Below, one piece after another: positions 36,758-48,383 of a stretch of 64,000 nt of DNA (within the stretch, counting starts at the first letter, position 1; every line of letters starts with the position of its first letter). The notes below the pieces were generated by a model that saw only the letters and a program-made list of their open reading frames with translations, searched no databases and had not been told where the DNA came from. Origin of the DNA: Minisyncoccota bacterium (GTDB lineage Bacteria > Patescibacteriota > Minisyncoccia > Minisyncoccales > RBG-13-42-11); contig JADHYE010000001.1 of assembly GCA_016782605.1 (NCBI GenBank), positions 78,473 through 142,472 on the forward strand. Reading direction: 5' to 3'. Made by a program: the position numbers and the translations under genes.

Positions 36758-38740
36758 ATGCCTTTTCTGATTTCCAAATGGCCTTCCAGGTCCCAATGGA
36801 GGCAATTTTTTAAAGTTTTCAGCAAAAGAGAAAAGACCATCTTCTTTGTTTTTTTATTTTTCGCTTTGGTTAGTTTGCTTTTCCTTTCTGTCAGTTTTTA
36901 TCTGACTCATACGGAAATCCAGCCAGCCAATGGAGGAAACTACGTTGAGGGTGTAGTCGGCTCTCCAAGGCTGATCAACCCGCTTTATCCGTCCCGCGAT
37001 GTTGATAGGGATTTGATTGAATTGATTTATTCTGGCTTGATGAAATACGACGGAGAAAGCCAACTGGCCGCCGACCTGGCAAAAGATTACAAAATTCTTG
37101 ATAACGGGAAAGCATTTGAATTCTATTTAAAAGAGAATCTTCTCTGGTCAGACAACCAACCCCTAACAGCTGACGACGTAATTTTCACGGTCAAAGCTGT
37201 CCAGAACCAGTCCTTACATAGTTCAATCAGGGCAAAATGGCTGGGAGTAAAAGTAGAAAAAATATCTGATTTGGCAGTCCGTTTTGAATTAAACAACCCC
37301 TCTGCCGTCTTCTTGGAAAATTGCACCCTGAAAATCATGCCAAAGCATATCTGGAAGAATATTTCCGACCAAAACTTTTCTCTTTCAATATATAACTTAA
37401 AACCGATCGGCTCAGGCCCATATAAAATAAAGGAACTGCAGCAAGACAAAGAAGGCGCTGTCAGGTCAGCCAAATTGACGATAAACGGCAACTACCAGGG
37501 AAACTTGCCCAATATCCGGGGGATAACTTTCCTTTTCTTTGAAAACGAAGACGAACTGATTTCCGCTTTCAATTCCGGGAAAATAAAAGGATTTACCCTC
37601 AGCTCTCCGCAAAAGTATGAAAAGATAAAAGGGAATTCTTTTTCCGACTATCAGCTTATGGTGCCAAGCTACTTTGCCATTTTCTTTAACAATGAACAAG
37701 CTAAGGTTTTGGCTGACCAGAATATAAGAGAAGCTTTAAACTACGGCACCAACAAAGAAGAGATTATCAACGAACTTCTGGCTGGGCAAGGAAGAGTAGC
37801 TGATTCGCCGATCCTGCCTGACGTTTTCGGTTTTGAAAACCCTTCAAGCATTTACAGCTTTGATTTGGAAAAAGCAAAAGAGCTCCTGGAAGCAGCTGGC
37901 TTTACTGCAGGAGAATCAGGCATCAGGGAAAAAACAACTAAAAAAGAATCGTCTTTCCAATTCAAGAGTAATCTTCAATCAGGCTCCCAGGGAACTGAAG
38001 TCCAGGAACTGCAAAAATGCCTGGCTGAAGACCCTGAGGTTTATCCTGAAGGAGAAATAACAGGCCATTTCGGAGATAAAACAAAAGAAGCGGTAATACG
38101 ATTCCAGGAAAAATATAAAGAAGACATTCTGGTGCCGAACAATTTGACCGAAGGCAACGGAAAAGTTTTGGGAAGCACCAAGAAAAAACTGAATGAACTC
38201 TGCGCTGCTCCCTCAGAACAAACCGCTTCCCTTTCTTTCACTTTAACGACAGCTGACCAGCCGATTATGAAAAACTTAGCTGCCCTTTTAAAACAGCAAT
38301 GGCAGGCAATGGGAGTGGAAATAAACATCAATGCTTTAGATACATCAACTCTCGAACAAGAAGTGATAAAGCCAAGATACTATGAACTGCTTTTATTCGG
38401 CCAGGGCCTGGAACTCTTCCTGGATCCCTTCCCCTACTGGCATTCTTCACAAATCAAAGACCCGGGATTCAACCTTTCCAACTACGAAAATAAAGAAGCT
38501 GACAATCTTTTGGCTCAAGCACGACAAACTTTAGACCAAGAAGAAAGAAAAATGCTTCTGGAAGAATTCCAAAATATTCTCATTGAAGACGCCCCGGCAG
38601 TCTTCCTCTACAGCCCGGATTATATTTATTTGGCCTCAGAAAAAATAAAAGGAATCTCAGATAAAATAATTACCGACCCTTCCAAAAGATTCTCTGATAT
38701 AGGAGATTGGTATATAAAAACAAAAAGAGTATGGAAATGA
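36758..38740 (+). CDS. Family-5 (peptide/nickel-type) solute-binding protein with an inserted peptidoglycan-binding-like domain
   Basis: 660 aa with an N-terminal TM anchor and an SBP_5-like fold sequence. The insert at roughly aa 405-470 reads GSQGTEVQELQKCL...GHFGDKTKEAVIRFQEKY. Confidence 0.7.
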   Translation: MPFLISKWPSRSQWRQFFKVFSKREKTIFFVFLFFALVSLLFLSVSFYLTHTEIQPANGGNYVEGVVGSPRLINPLYPSRDVDRDLIELIYSGLMKYDGESQLAADLAKDYKILDNGKAFEFYLKENLLWSDNQPLTADDVIFTVKAVQNQSLHSSIRAKWLGVKVEKISDLAVRFELNNPSAVFLENCTLKIMPKHIWKNISDQNFSLSIYNLKPIGSGPYKIKELQQDKEGAVRSAKLTINGNYQGNLPNIRGITFLFFENEDELISAFNSGKIKGFTLSSPQKYEKIKGNSFSDYQLMVPSYFAIFFNNEQAKVLADQNIREALNYGTNKEEIINELLAGQGRVADSPILPDVFGFENPSSIYSFDLEKAKELLEAAGFTAGESGIREKTTKKESSFQFKSNLQSGSQGTEVQELQKCLAEDPEVYPEGEITGHFGDKTKEAVIRFQEKYKEDILVPNNLTEGNGKVLGSTKKKLNELCAAPSEQTASLSFTLTTADQPIMKNLAALLKQQWQAMGVEININALDTSTLEQEVIKPRYYELLLFGQGLELFLDPFPYWHSSQIKDPGFNLSNYENKEADNLLAQARQTLDQEERKMLLEEFQNILIEDAPAVFLYSPDYIYLASEKIKGISDKIITDPSKRFSDIGDWYIKTKRVWK

Positions 38741-39300
38741 AAAAACCCGATATCCGCTATTTGAACGACATGAAAAATGTGCTGCAAGATAAAGAATGGG
38801 CAAAAAAAGCTCCAAATTATGAGCTGTACTATATGTATCGGGGAGTAAAAAAAGAAAAAGGGTTCAGATACAATATTACTGTGATTCCGCCAAGAATGCT
38901 TGGAAAAGAATTCGTAAAAACAAAAGGGCATGACCACATTGGAAAATTCAAGGAAATCTATACTATTTTGAACGGAGAAGCAATCTATCTTTTCCAGAAA
39001 TGTAAAAACAAAATGGTTTTAGACGTTTATGCGATAAGAGCAAAGAAAAACGAGTCCGTATTAATCCCCGCAGGATACGGCCACATAACAATCAATCCTT
39101 CTAAAAAAATCTTGAAAGAAGCTGACTGGGCAGTAGAAAATTGTAAAAATGATTATAGCTTTATTGAAAAAATGGCTGGCATGTGCTATTACTATACGAA
39201 ATCTGGCTGGATAAAGAACAAGAACTACAAAAAGATACCGAAATTAAAAATCAAAAAACCTCTTAAAAAAGCACCAAAAGACTTAAGCTTTCTAATATGA
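38731..39300 (+). CDS. Cupin-type (archaeal-type) glucose-6-phosphate isomerase
   Basis: TKGHDH...GEAIYLFQK...IPAGYGHITINP. The start overlaps the upstream stop (ATGGAAATGA). Confidence 0.7.
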   Translation: MEMKKPDIRYLNDMKNVLQDKEWAKKAPNYELYYMYRGVKKEKGFRYNITVIPPRMLGKEFVKTKGHDHIGKFKEIYTILNGEAIYLFQKCKNKMVLDVYAIRAKKNESVLIPAGYGHITINPSKKILKEADWAVENCKNDYSFIEKMAGMCYYYTKSGWIKNKNYKKIPKLKIKKPLKKAPKDLSFLI

Positions 39301-40163
39301 TTAAAAAAGCTATTATTCCAATTGCTGGCTTGGGATCAAGATTCCTACCTCTGACAAAAACTGTTTCCAAAGAACTCTGGCCTTTAGTTGACAGACCGGT
39401 TTTGCAATATATTATTGAGGAAGCTTATGAATCAGGAATTAAAGAAATCATTTTCGTTAACAAGCCCGGCAACCAGCTGGTCAATAATTACTTTGAAAAA
39501 AAATTAAAAGAAAAGAAAACTTCTTTTTCCAAATACAAGAGCCATTTCTCAAACGAACTCGAAAGACTGGAGAAGATTTCAAAGAATCTTTCTTTCTATC
39601 ATGTTTTTCAAAAAAAGCCTTTAGGAAACGCCCAGGCTGTATTGCAAGCGGAAAAATTAGTCGGCAAAAACCCTTGCGCTGTTTTGTGGGCAGATGACGT
39701 AGTTGAAGCAAAAGTCCCCTGCCTTAAACAACTGATTAAGGTTTTTACAAAATATAAAAAACCAATAATCGCTTTATACAAAGTGCCGAAAGAAAGCTTT
39801 CAGTTTTACGGAATGATAAAAGGAAAAAAAATAGCAAAAAGGACCTATAAAATTGAAGACTTCATTGAAAAGCCCTCGATTAAGGAATCTCCTTCTGATT
39901 TGGCTATTGTCGGAAAATACATTATCACTCCTCAGGTTTTTGAATACCTTAAAAAAACTAAGTTTGATTTGAAAAGCGACATAACATTAAGCACCACTTT
40001 AACTGATATGGCCAAAGATAAAAAAGACGTTTACGGCTATGAATTTGAAGGCAAATGGCTGGAATGCGGCAACAAACTGGCATATTTGAAATCAAACTTC
40101 TATCTTTCTTTGAAAGACCCGAGATTCGGCAAGGAACTCAAAAAATTCATTAAAATGCGCTAA
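39297..40163 (+). CDS. galU: UTP-glucose-1-phosphate uridylyltransferase
   Basis: KAIIPIAGLGSRFLPLTKTVSKELWPLVDRP. Confidence 0.9.
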   Translation: MIKKAIIPIAGLGSRFLPLTKTVSKELWPLVDRPVLQYIIEEAYESGIKEIIFVNKPGNQLVNNYFEKKLKEKKTSFSKYKSHFSNELERLEKISKNLSFYHVFQKKPLGNAQAVLQAEKLVGKNPCAVLWADDVVEAKVPCLKQLIKVFTKYKKPIIALYKVPKESFQFYGMIKGKKIAKRTYKIEDFIEKPSIKESPSDLAIVGKYIITPQVFEYLKKTKFDLKSDITLSTTLTDMAKDKKDVYGYEFEGKWLECGNKLAYLKSNFYLSLKDPRFGKELKKFIKMR

Positions 40164-40250
40164 GCGGACGTGGTGGAACTGGAAGACACGATAGCTTCAG
40201 GAGCTATTGGGAGCAATCTCTTGTGGGTTCGAATCCCACCGTCCGCACCA
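40164..40250 (+). tRNA. tRNA-Leu (anticodon CAG), CCA encoded
   Basis: Hand fold: acceptor GCGGACG/CGTCCGC, anticodon stem ATAGC/GCTAT, loop TTCAGGA, long variable arm, T arm GTGGG-TTCGAAT-CCCAC, then ACCA. It directly abuts the galU stop. Confidence 0.88.
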
Positions 40251-40296
40251 AAAAAAGTTCTCAAGTTTTAAACAATTATTTTTAATTAGAAAAGAT

Positions 40297-41985
40297 ATGA
40301 TAACACAAACGAAACAGGAAAATCTCCGCCTCATCCCCTTAGGCGGACTGGGAGAAGTAGGAAGAAACATGATGCTTTTGGAATATAAAAGCAGCATTTT
40401 GATTATTGATATGGGCTTTCGCATGCCAGGAGAAGACATGCCCGGCATTGATTACATCGTCCCTAATATCAATTATTTGAAAGACAAAAAGAAAAACGTT
40501 GTCGGAATCGTTTTTACGCATGGACACTACGACCATATCGGCGCTGTCCCCTATTTGATTGAAAAAATCTGGCACCCTAAATTAGAAATCTTCGCTTCTT
40601 CCCTGACTCGCGGAATAATTATAAGAAGGCAGGAAGATTTTCCGAACCAGCCGCCTCTCAATATTAACGAGGTGAAAAACGGCTCTAAGATCAAACTGGG
40701 CCCGTTTAAGATTGAGTTTTTCAGGCAGAATCACAACATTCCAGACAATCTCGGCCTTTTTATTGAAACGCCTGTCGGCAATATCCTGCACACTTCTGAT
40801 TTTAAGTTCGACCCAACGCCGATAAACGACCTGCCCACAGATTTCAATAAATTAAAAACAATGGCTAACAGAAAAATCCTGCTCATGCTTTCCGATTCTA
40901 CCGGCGCTGAAGAAGAAAACCATTCTCTTTCTGAAAAAACAATTGAAAAGAATTTGGAGGAAATTTTCGAGAAAGCGACAGGCAGGATTATCGCAGCCAC
41001 TTTCGCTTCTTTGATCAACAGGGTCCAGCAGATAATCGCTCTGTCTGAAAAATACGGCAGAAAAGTGATAATTGAGGGATACTCGATGAAAACCAACGTG
41101 GAAATTTGTAAAGTTTTAGGATTCATCAAATCAAAAAAGGGAACGATTATCAAAACGAAAGACGCCCACCGCTATCCTGATTCGAAAATAACCATTTTGT
41201 GCACCGGCGCCCAGGGAGAAGGTTCAGCCGTCTTAATGAGAATAGCTACCAGGGAACACCGCTTTATCCGCTTAAAAAAAGGAGATAATATTATTCTTTC
41301 CTCGTCTGTCATCCCGGGAAACGAAAGAACGGTCCAAAACTTGAAAGATGACATTCTGCGCCAGGGCTGCCGCGTATTCCATTACAAAATGATGGATATC
41401 CATGCTGGAGGCCACGCCCAGAAAGAGGAACTGATGGAAATGATAAAAATCATAAAGCCGACTTTCTTCATTCCGATCCATGGACAATATTCAATGCTTG
41501 TCAGCCACGCTGAAATTGCCAAGGAAGCTGGCATTCCTGAGAAAAATATAGTGGTAGCAGAAAACGGCCAGATTATCGACTTAACCCAAAAGAAAATCTC
41601 TGTTGAAAAATCATGGGTACCCTCAAACTACATTATGGTTGACGGCCTGGGCATCGGAGATGTCGGCGAAATCGTCTTAAGAGATAGGCAAATATTGTCC
41701 GAAGACGGCATGTTCGTCATTGTCGTGGTGGTGGATAAACAGACTGGCAAAGTAAAGGGCTCTCCTGATATAATATCAAGAGGATTCGTTTATCTCAGGG
41801 AATCGAAAGAATTGCTGAAAGATACAAGGAAAAAAGTAGTTGAAATTATCCACCATGCAACAGATTCCGGAGGGGCGGTCAATTGGAGCTATATTAAAGA
41901 CGAAATGAGGAACAAAATCGGCCAGTTTTTCTACACCAAAACCAAAAGAAGGCCGATGATCCTGCCAGTGGTTATTGAAGTATAA
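40297..41985 (+). CDS. rnj: Ribonuclease J
   Basis: MITQTKQENLRLIPLGGLGEVGRNM; beta-lactamase motif HGHYDHIG. The track ORF start at 40207 lies inside the tRNA and is rejected. Confidence 0.92.
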   Translation: MITQTKQENLRLIPLGGLGEVGRNMMLLEYKSSILIIDMGFRMPGEDMPGIDYIVPNINYLKDKKKNVVGIVFTHGHYDHIGAVPYLIEKIWHPKLEIFASSLTRGIIIRRQEDFPNQPPLNINEVKNGSKIKLGPFKIEFFRQNHNIPDNLGLFIETPVGNILHTSDFKFDPTPINDLPTDFNKLKTMANRKILLMLSDSTGAEEENHSLSEKTIEKNLEEIFEKATGRIIAATFASLINRVQQIIALSEKYGRKVIIEGYSMKTNVEICKVLGFIKSKKGTIIKTKDAHRYPDSKITILCTGAQGEGSAVLMRIATREHRFIRLKKGDNIILSSSVIPGNERTVQNLKDDILRQGCRVFHYKMMDIHAGGHAQKEELMEMIKIIKPTFFIPIHGQYSMLVSHAEIAKEAGIPEKNIVVAENGQIIDLTQKKISVEKSWVPSNYIMVDGLGIGDVGEIVLRDRQILSEDGMFVIVVVVDKQTGKVKGSPDIISRGFVYLRESKELLKDTRKKVVEIIHHATDSGGAVNWSYIKDEMRNKIGQFFYTKTKRRPMILPVVIEV

Positions 41986-41989
41986 TTAT

Positions 41990-42967
41990 ATGAGAATTTT
42001 CAGCGGCATCCAGCCGACAGGTGAAATACATATTGGCAATTATTTGGGAGCGATAAAACAATGGCTTGAGCTTCAGGAAAAAAATGAATGCATCTTTTGC
42101 GTTGTTGATTTACATGCTTTGACAGTACCCTACGACACTAAAACCCTTCAAGAATTAATTCTGGAAAAAACAATAGCTTATCTGGCTGCCGGCATAAATC
42201 CTGAAAAATCAAACATTTTTGTCCAATCCCAAATAAAAGAACATTCAGAACTTGCCTGGATGTTAAACACGGTAACGCCTGTCGGAGACCTTTTAAGAAT
42301 GACTCAATACAAAGAAAAAGCAAAGAAATTCCAAAATAATCTCAATGCTGGGCTTTTAAACTATCCCATTTTAATGGCTTCTGATATCCTTTTATATAAA
42401 ACAGACTTTGTTCCCGTAGGAGAGGACCAGAAACAGCACGTTGAATTAGCCAGAACAATCGCTAAAAAATTCAATCAGCGATTCGGAGAAGTTTTCAAAC
42501 TGCCCGAAGTGAAAATGATGAAAATAGGCTCGAAGATAATGAGCTTGACTGAACCAACAAAGAAAATGTCAAAAAGCGATTCTTCAGAAAGCTATATCGG
42601 CCTCTTTGACGAACCAGAAGTGATAAAAAGAAAAATAATGGCAGCGGTTACTGACACAGGAAAAATAATAAAATACAACCGGAAACTAAAGCCAGGCGTT
42701 TCCAATCTGCTAACAATATATTCTTTATTTTCCGAAAAAGGCGTAAAGGAACTGGAAAAGAAATTCAAAGGAAAAGGATATGCTGATTTCAAGAAAGCTT
42801 TAGCAGAGCTTCTAATTAATTCTCTGGAGCCTTTCCGCAAAAAAAGAAAAGAGCTTCTCCAGAGAAAAGTCTATGTCAAAGAAATTCTAGAACAAGGCAG
42901 AAAAAAAGCTGAAACTATCGCCCAATCCACTATTCAGGAAGTAAAGGAAAAAATGGGATTAGCTTAA
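41990..42967 (+). CDS. trpS: Tryptophan-tRNA ligase
   Basis: MRIFSGIQPTGEIHIGNYLG and the KMSKS motif. Confidence 0.95.
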   Translation: MRIFSGIQPTGEIHIGNYLGAIKQWLELQEKNECIFCVVDLHALTVPYDTKTLQELILEKTIAYLAAGINPEKSNIFVQSQIKEHSELAWMLNTVTPVGDLLRMTQYKEKAKKFQNNLNAGLLNYPILMASDILLYKTDFVPVGEDQKQHVELARTIAKKFNQRFGEVFKLPEVKMMKIGSKIMSLTEPTKKMSKSDSSESYIGLFDEPEVIKRKIMAAVTDTGKIIKYNRKLKPGVSNLLTIYSLFSEKGVKELEKKFKGKGYADFKKALAELLINSLEPFRKKRKELLQRKVYVKEILEQGRKKAETIAQSTIQEVKEKMGLA

Positions 42968-43040
42968 TATCTCGGCTCCTGATAAATTTTCACTATTGTT
43001 GGCATTCCCACTTTCTAAAAATATTCAAACTTTTTTCCCT

Positions 43041-43067
43041 CAACCCAAATAACTGGGTTGATTTTAA
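43041..43067 (+). terminator. Hairpin downstream of trpS
   Basis: CAACCCA-AATAAC-TGGGTTG followed by ATTTTAAT. Confidence 0.4.
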
Positions 43068-43092
43068 TAATATTTTATTATATCATATTAGT

Positions 43093-44108
43093 ATGTCTTT
43101 TTCAGTGGGTATAATCGGTCTTCCCAACGTCGGGAAATCAACCCTATTCAAAGCGCTTACCAAAATACCAGTTGATATAGCAAACTATCCTTTTACGACT
43201 ATCCACCCCAATGTCGGAGTGGTCCAGGTGCCGGATAAAAGATTAGAAGAAATCGCCAAGATTATCAAACCGGAAAAAACCACTCCTACAATAATCGAAT
43301 TTGTCGATATTGCCGGCTTGGTCAAAGGAGCGCACAAGGGTGAAGGCTTAGGCAACCAATTTCTGGCTCACATCAGGAACTGCGACGCCCTGGTTGAAAT
43401 TGTCAGGGAATTTGAAAACGCCAAGGTTGAACACATGGACGGAACAGTTAATCCGGAAAAAGACATTGAAACAGTAAGAGTTGAACTTTTAATGAAAGAC
43501 TTGGAAACTTTGGAAGGACTGCTTTCAAAAACTGAAAAAGATAAAAGTTCATCAAAAGAAACAGAGTTTTTGCAGAAAATCAAAGATTGGGTTTCCCAAG
43601 ATAAGCTAATCTCGGAATTAGATTTAACAGAAGAGGAAAAAATAGAAACCAAAAAATACCAATTTCTGACCCAAAAACCCCTGCTTTACGTCCTGAATAC
43701 CAATGGAAAAGCTGAGGCAATTTCCTCCATAAAATACCTGACAATGAATTTAAAAGACGAACAAGACTTTTCAGAGCTATTGCCAGAAGAAAGGCAGGAA
43801 CTAAACCTCAAATCAAACCTTGACCAATTAATCACTGACTGCTACAATATCCTTGACTTAATCACTTTTTTTACAGTAGCCGGTTTAAAAGAAACGCGAG
43901 CCTGGACGCTTAAAAAAGGACTAACAGCCTATCTTGCCGGAGGAGTCGTTCATTCCGACTTCCAGGAAAAGTTCATCAAAGCGGAAGTGATCAACTGGCA
44001 AAAACTGATGGAAAGCGAGAACTGGCACAAAGTAAGGGAATTGGGCTTGTTAAAGACAGCTGGCAAAGATTACATTGTCCAGGACGGCGACGTAATTGAA
44101 TTCAAAAT

Positions 44109-44112
<4 letters not shown>
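43093..44112 (+). CDS. ychF: Ribosome-binding ATPase YchF (short form, 339 aa)
   Basis: GIIGLPNVGKSTLF, DIAGLVKGA, and a C-terminal TGS-like segment GKDYIVQDGDVIEFK. Confidence 0.9.
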
Positions 44113-44931
<819 letters not shown>

Positions 44932-44933
44932 TT

Positions 44934-45131
44934 ATGGAGTGCTATTTTTGCCAAAGAAATATTAAAAATATAGATTTTAAAGATACGCAAATTTTGTGGA
45001 GATTTATCTCAGCTTCGGGAAAAATCAAGCCAAAAAAAAGAACCGGAGTTTGTTCCAGCCACCAGAGAAAATTAACTCAGGCGATAAAAAGAGCCAGATA
45101 CTTAGCTCTTCTCTCGCCAACTTCTAAGTAG
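44934..45131 (+). CDS. rpsR: 30S ribosomal protein S18
   Basis: [14 protein letters not shown]...[10 protein letters not shown]...[17 protein letters not shown]. Confidence 0.9.
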   Translation: MECYFCQRNIKNIDFKDTQILWRFISASGKIKPKKRTGVCSSHQRKLTQAIKRARYLALLSPTSK

Positions 45132-46103
45132 CAATTCTTTAATTTTCTCAGTAATTTTAGGATTCGCTCTCAGGAATTCCTTGCTTGCCTCTACTCCCTG
45201 ACCAAGCTTATCGTTTTCAAACTGAAGCCAAGAACCGGCTTTTTTTATTATCTCTGCTTTTACCCCGGCTGACAAAACGTCACCGTAATATGAAATACCT
45301 TCGTTGTAGAAAATATCGAATTCCGCTATCTTAAATGGCGGAGCAACTTTATTTTTGACTATCTTTGCTTTGATTCTTGAACCGATAACTTCGTCTTTTT
45401 GCTTAATTTGAGCGATTCTTCTCAAATCAATTCTAATAGAAGCATAAAATTTCAAAGCTAAGCCACCTGGCGTTGTTTCCGGATTCCCCCAGAGCACTCC
45501 AATTTTCATCCTTGTCTGATTAAGAAAAATCAAAACTGTTTTCGTTTTAGCAAGTATGCCAGACAATTTTCTCAGTGCCTGGCTCATCAATCTCGCTTGC
45601 AGGCCTATCTGGAATTCTCCCATTTCTCCGGCAATTTCAGCTCGAGGAACCAAAGCAGCAACAGAATCAACGACAATCACGTCAATCTCCCCTGATTTGA
45701 TCAAGCTTTCAACTATCTGCAAAGCTTGTTCTCCTGAATCTGGCTGGGAAATCAAAAGGTCGTCAATATTGACCCCGATTCTCTTTGAATAGTCAGGATC
45801 TAAAGCGTGCTCAGCGTCAATAAAAGCGCCAACTCCCCCTTTTTTCTGAGCTTCAGCTAAAATATGCAGAGCCAGAGTGGTTTTGCCAGAACTTTCCGGG
45901 CCGAAAATCTCAACCACTCTTCCCCGAGGAACTCCAGCTACTCCCAAAGCCAAATCCAAAGAAAGAGAACCTGTAGGAACAGCATCAACGTCAACTGCTT
46001 TTGCATCCCTCAGTTTCATAATCGCTCCTTCCCCGAAGCGCTGCTTTATTTCATCGACTGCTTCCTGCAAGTTGCTTGATTGTTGAGTTTTTTTCTTTAT
46101 CAT
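45102..46103 (-). CDS. recA: Recombinase RecA
   Basis: [12 protein letters not shown], plus FIDAEHALD and L2 regions. Confidence 0.97.
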   Translation of the reverse strand: MIKKKTQQSSNLQEAVDEIKQRFGEGAIMKLRDAKAVDVDAVPTGSLSLDLALGVAGVPRGRVVEIFGPESSGKTTLALHILAEAQKKGGVGAFIDAEHALDPDYSKRIGVNIDDLLISQPDSGEQALQIVESLIKSGEIDVIVVDSVAALVPRAEIAGEMGEFQIGLQARLMSQALRKLSGILAKTKTVLIFLNQTRMKIGVLWGNPETTPGGLALKFYASIRIDLRRIAQIKQKDEVIGSRIKAKIVKNKVAPPFKIAEFDIFYNEGISYYGDVLSAGVKAEIIKKAGSWLQFENDKLGQGVEASKEFLRANPKITEKIKELLLRSWREKS

Positions 46104-46125
46104 ATATTGTTATTTTATCAATAAA

Positions 46126-48285
46126 TTAAATTTTTTCCCAGCCCTCATCTACTTCCTCGTTTTGCGCTTCCTGTTTTGAAAAGACTTCTCTTGGCTTTGC
46201 CCCTTCGCCAGGCCCAATAATCCCTTTTTCTTCAAGTATGTCCAGCAATCTGGCAGCTCTGGCATAGCCGATTCTCAGCCTTCTTTGCAAAAAAGAAGCA
46301 GATGCTTTTCTCGTTTCAATCACTATTTTCTTCGCTTCTTCATACAAAGGATCTTCACCTCCGGCATAGCCGTCAAAACTTTCTCCATTTTTTGTTTCTT
46401 CCAAGATTTTTTCCAAATCCTCTGCCAAATGGTTTTCAAATAAAGCAGGTTCCTGGGTGTCTAAAGCCTCTTCTCTTTGGTTTTTAACGTAGTCTATTAC
46501 TTTTTTCACTTCTTTTTCTGAAGTGTAAGCGCCTTGTATCCTTTTCGGTTTTGAAACTTCTGCTGAAATGAAAAGTAAATCTCCAGCTCCTAAAAGTTTT
46601 TCAGCGCCAGCCATGTCCAAAACAGTACGGCTATCAACTTGCGAGGCAACTTGGAAAGTGACTCTTGAAGTAATATTGGCTTTTATCAGGCCGGTAATCA
46701 CTTCTACTGATGGCCTCTGGGTGGCAACAACCAAATGAATACCCACTGCCCTTGCCATTTGAGCTAACCTGACAATACCAGCTTCCATTTCCCTGCCCTT
46801 AGCTGCCATCAAATCAGCCAGTTCGTCAATAATCAAAACAATATAAGGCAAGGGCTTTTCCCCTTCTTTCATGATTTTTGCATTATAGCTGTCTATATTC
46901 CTTGAACCATTGTTAGATAGAATATTAAATCTTTTCTCCATTTCCATAATCAGCCACTTTAAGGCATTGATCGTTCTCTGAGGATCGAAAATGACCGGAG
47001 TCAAAAGATGGGGAAGGTCTTTATAAGCTGAAAATTCAACCCTTTTCGGATCTGCCAGTATAAAACGCAGAGTTTCCGGAGAATTCTGATAAAGCAGACT
47101 CAAAATCAGAGAGTTCAAAAAAATAGTCTTGCCGGTACCGGTTGCTCCAGCCACCAAAAGATGAGGCATTCTGGCCAAATCAGCATAGCAATAATTTCCT
47201 GAAACATCCTTGCCTAGAACGATATTTAAGCCTGAAACAGCGCTTTGGAACTGGGGGCTAGCCACCAAATCCCTCATTCTGATCTGGCATCTTGTCTTAT
47301 TGGGCACTTCAATACCGACCAATGATTTGCCTGGAATCGGCGCTTCAATCCTGATTGGATGGCTGGCTAAAGCCAAAGAAAGATTATTTGAAAGGGCGGT
47401 AATTTTGGAAAGTTTTATTCCTTCAGCCGGCTTTAAGCTGTATTGGGTGACTGTCGGACCAATATTGATTTCTGACATTTCTACTGATACGCCAAAGTTT
47501 TCTAAAGTCTTTTTAATGATTGCCGAATTGGTCACCGTATCGCCGGCAGTCGGTTTCCCCTTGTCTGTTTCTAATAATTCCAAGGGCGGAGTCTTATACT
47601 GCGCTCCTGCTAAAATATTAGGCAGTTTTTGGGTCTCAATATCCAAAATCGGCGCCTCTGGCTTAAAAGGAGTTTCTTTTACTTTTGGCTCAACCTCCCT
47701 GACCCTGAACTGCGGCAGGAATATTTTCTTTATTAAAGAAGGCTCCTTTTCTATTTCCTGTTTGTCTTGTTTAGGAGTTTCTTTAAGGTCAGGCCTTTTT
47801 ATCAAATACCAAAAAATCAAAAGCCCTATAAGGATTATTCCGCCAAAAACTATCTTGGTCACCAAAAGCCCGAATAACTTCAAAAGGGGCCAGTTTAAGA
47901 TATACCCCAGCCAGCCGCCCTGCTTTGCCTCGGAAGCAAAGCTTTCAATAATTCCGGATGTTCCGATAATCAAGATGAAAATCGCCAAGACTGTCGGGCC
48001 GAAAAACTTCTTATATTTTGTATTAAAAAAGACAATGCCAGCTAAAACCAAAATTAAAGGAATAAGGAAAATGGCACTGCCGATTAAGAAAGTAAGTCCT
48101 TTGATTAAAGCATTCCCAGCTACGCCAGCTAAACCAAAAAAACTCAAAGCAATAATTATCGCCAGGATGAAAATTATTACGCCGGAAATCCATTTCTTGG
48201 TTTCTCCAGGTAGATAAAAAATGCCTGGCCTTCTCTGTTTTGCCAGAAATCTTTTGTTATTTTTATATTTTTTCTTTTTCCCCAC
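46126..48285 (-). CDS. ftsK: DNA translocase FtsK/SpoIIIE
   Basis: N-terminal TM helices, Walker A motif GATGTGKT, and a C-terminal gamma winged-helix domain. Confidence 0.93.
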   Translation of the reverse strand: MGKKKKYKNNKRFLAKQRRPGIFYLPGETKKWISGVIIFILAIIIALSFFGLAGVAGNALIKGLTFLIGSAIFLIPLILVLAGIVFFNTKYKKFFGPTVLAIFILIIGTSGIIESFASEAKQGGWLGYILNWPLLKLFGLLVTKIVFGGIILIGLLIFWYLIKRPDLKETPKQDKQEIEKEPSLIKKIFLPQFRVREVEPKVKETPFKPEAPILDIETQKLPNILAGAQYKTPPLELLETDKGKPTAGDTVTNSAIIKKTLENFGVSVEMSEINIGPTVTQYSLKPAEGIKLSKITALSNNLSLALASHPIRIEAPIPGKSLVGIEVPNKTRCQIRMRDLVASPQFQSAVSGLNIVLGKDVSGNYCYADLARMPHLLVAGATGTGKTIFLNSLILSLLYQNSPETLRFILADPKRVEFSAYKDLPHLLTPVIFDPQRTINALKWLIMEMEKRFNILSNNGSRNIDSYNAKIMKEGEKPLPYIVLIIDELADLMAAKGREMEAGIVRLAQMARAVGIHLVVATQRPSVEVITGLIKANITSRVTFQVASQVDSRTVLDMAGAEKLLGAGDLLFISAEVSKPKRIQGAYTSEKEVKKVIDYVKNQREEALDTQEPALFENHLAEDLEKILEETKNGESFDGYAGGEDPLYEEAKKIVIETRKASASFLQRRLRIGYARAARLLDILEEKGIIGPGEGAKPREVFSKQEAQNEEVDEGWEKI

Positions 48286-48383
48286 AGATAAAAATTTAAT
48301 TTACTGATTCCATTCTATTATATCACTTCTTTGCCTAATTAAAAATCCCTACAACTTTATTTACGTCTGGGTTTTTGAGATCT

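Noticed and set aside
40207-40296. The N-terminal 30 codons of the RNase J track ORF.
   Set aside because: They overlap tRNA-Leu (40164-40250). The conserved RNase J N-terminus begins at the ATG at 40297.
47210-48217. A 335-aa ORF antisense to ftsK. Similar long antisense ORFs lie at 52432-53073 in rpoB, 12277-12795 in the M50 protease gene, and 3336-3857 in rpsC.
   Set aside because: They are fully nested opposite well-supported conserved genes and have low-complexity, Ser/Pro/Ile-rich composition with no motifs. They are typical shadow ORFs.
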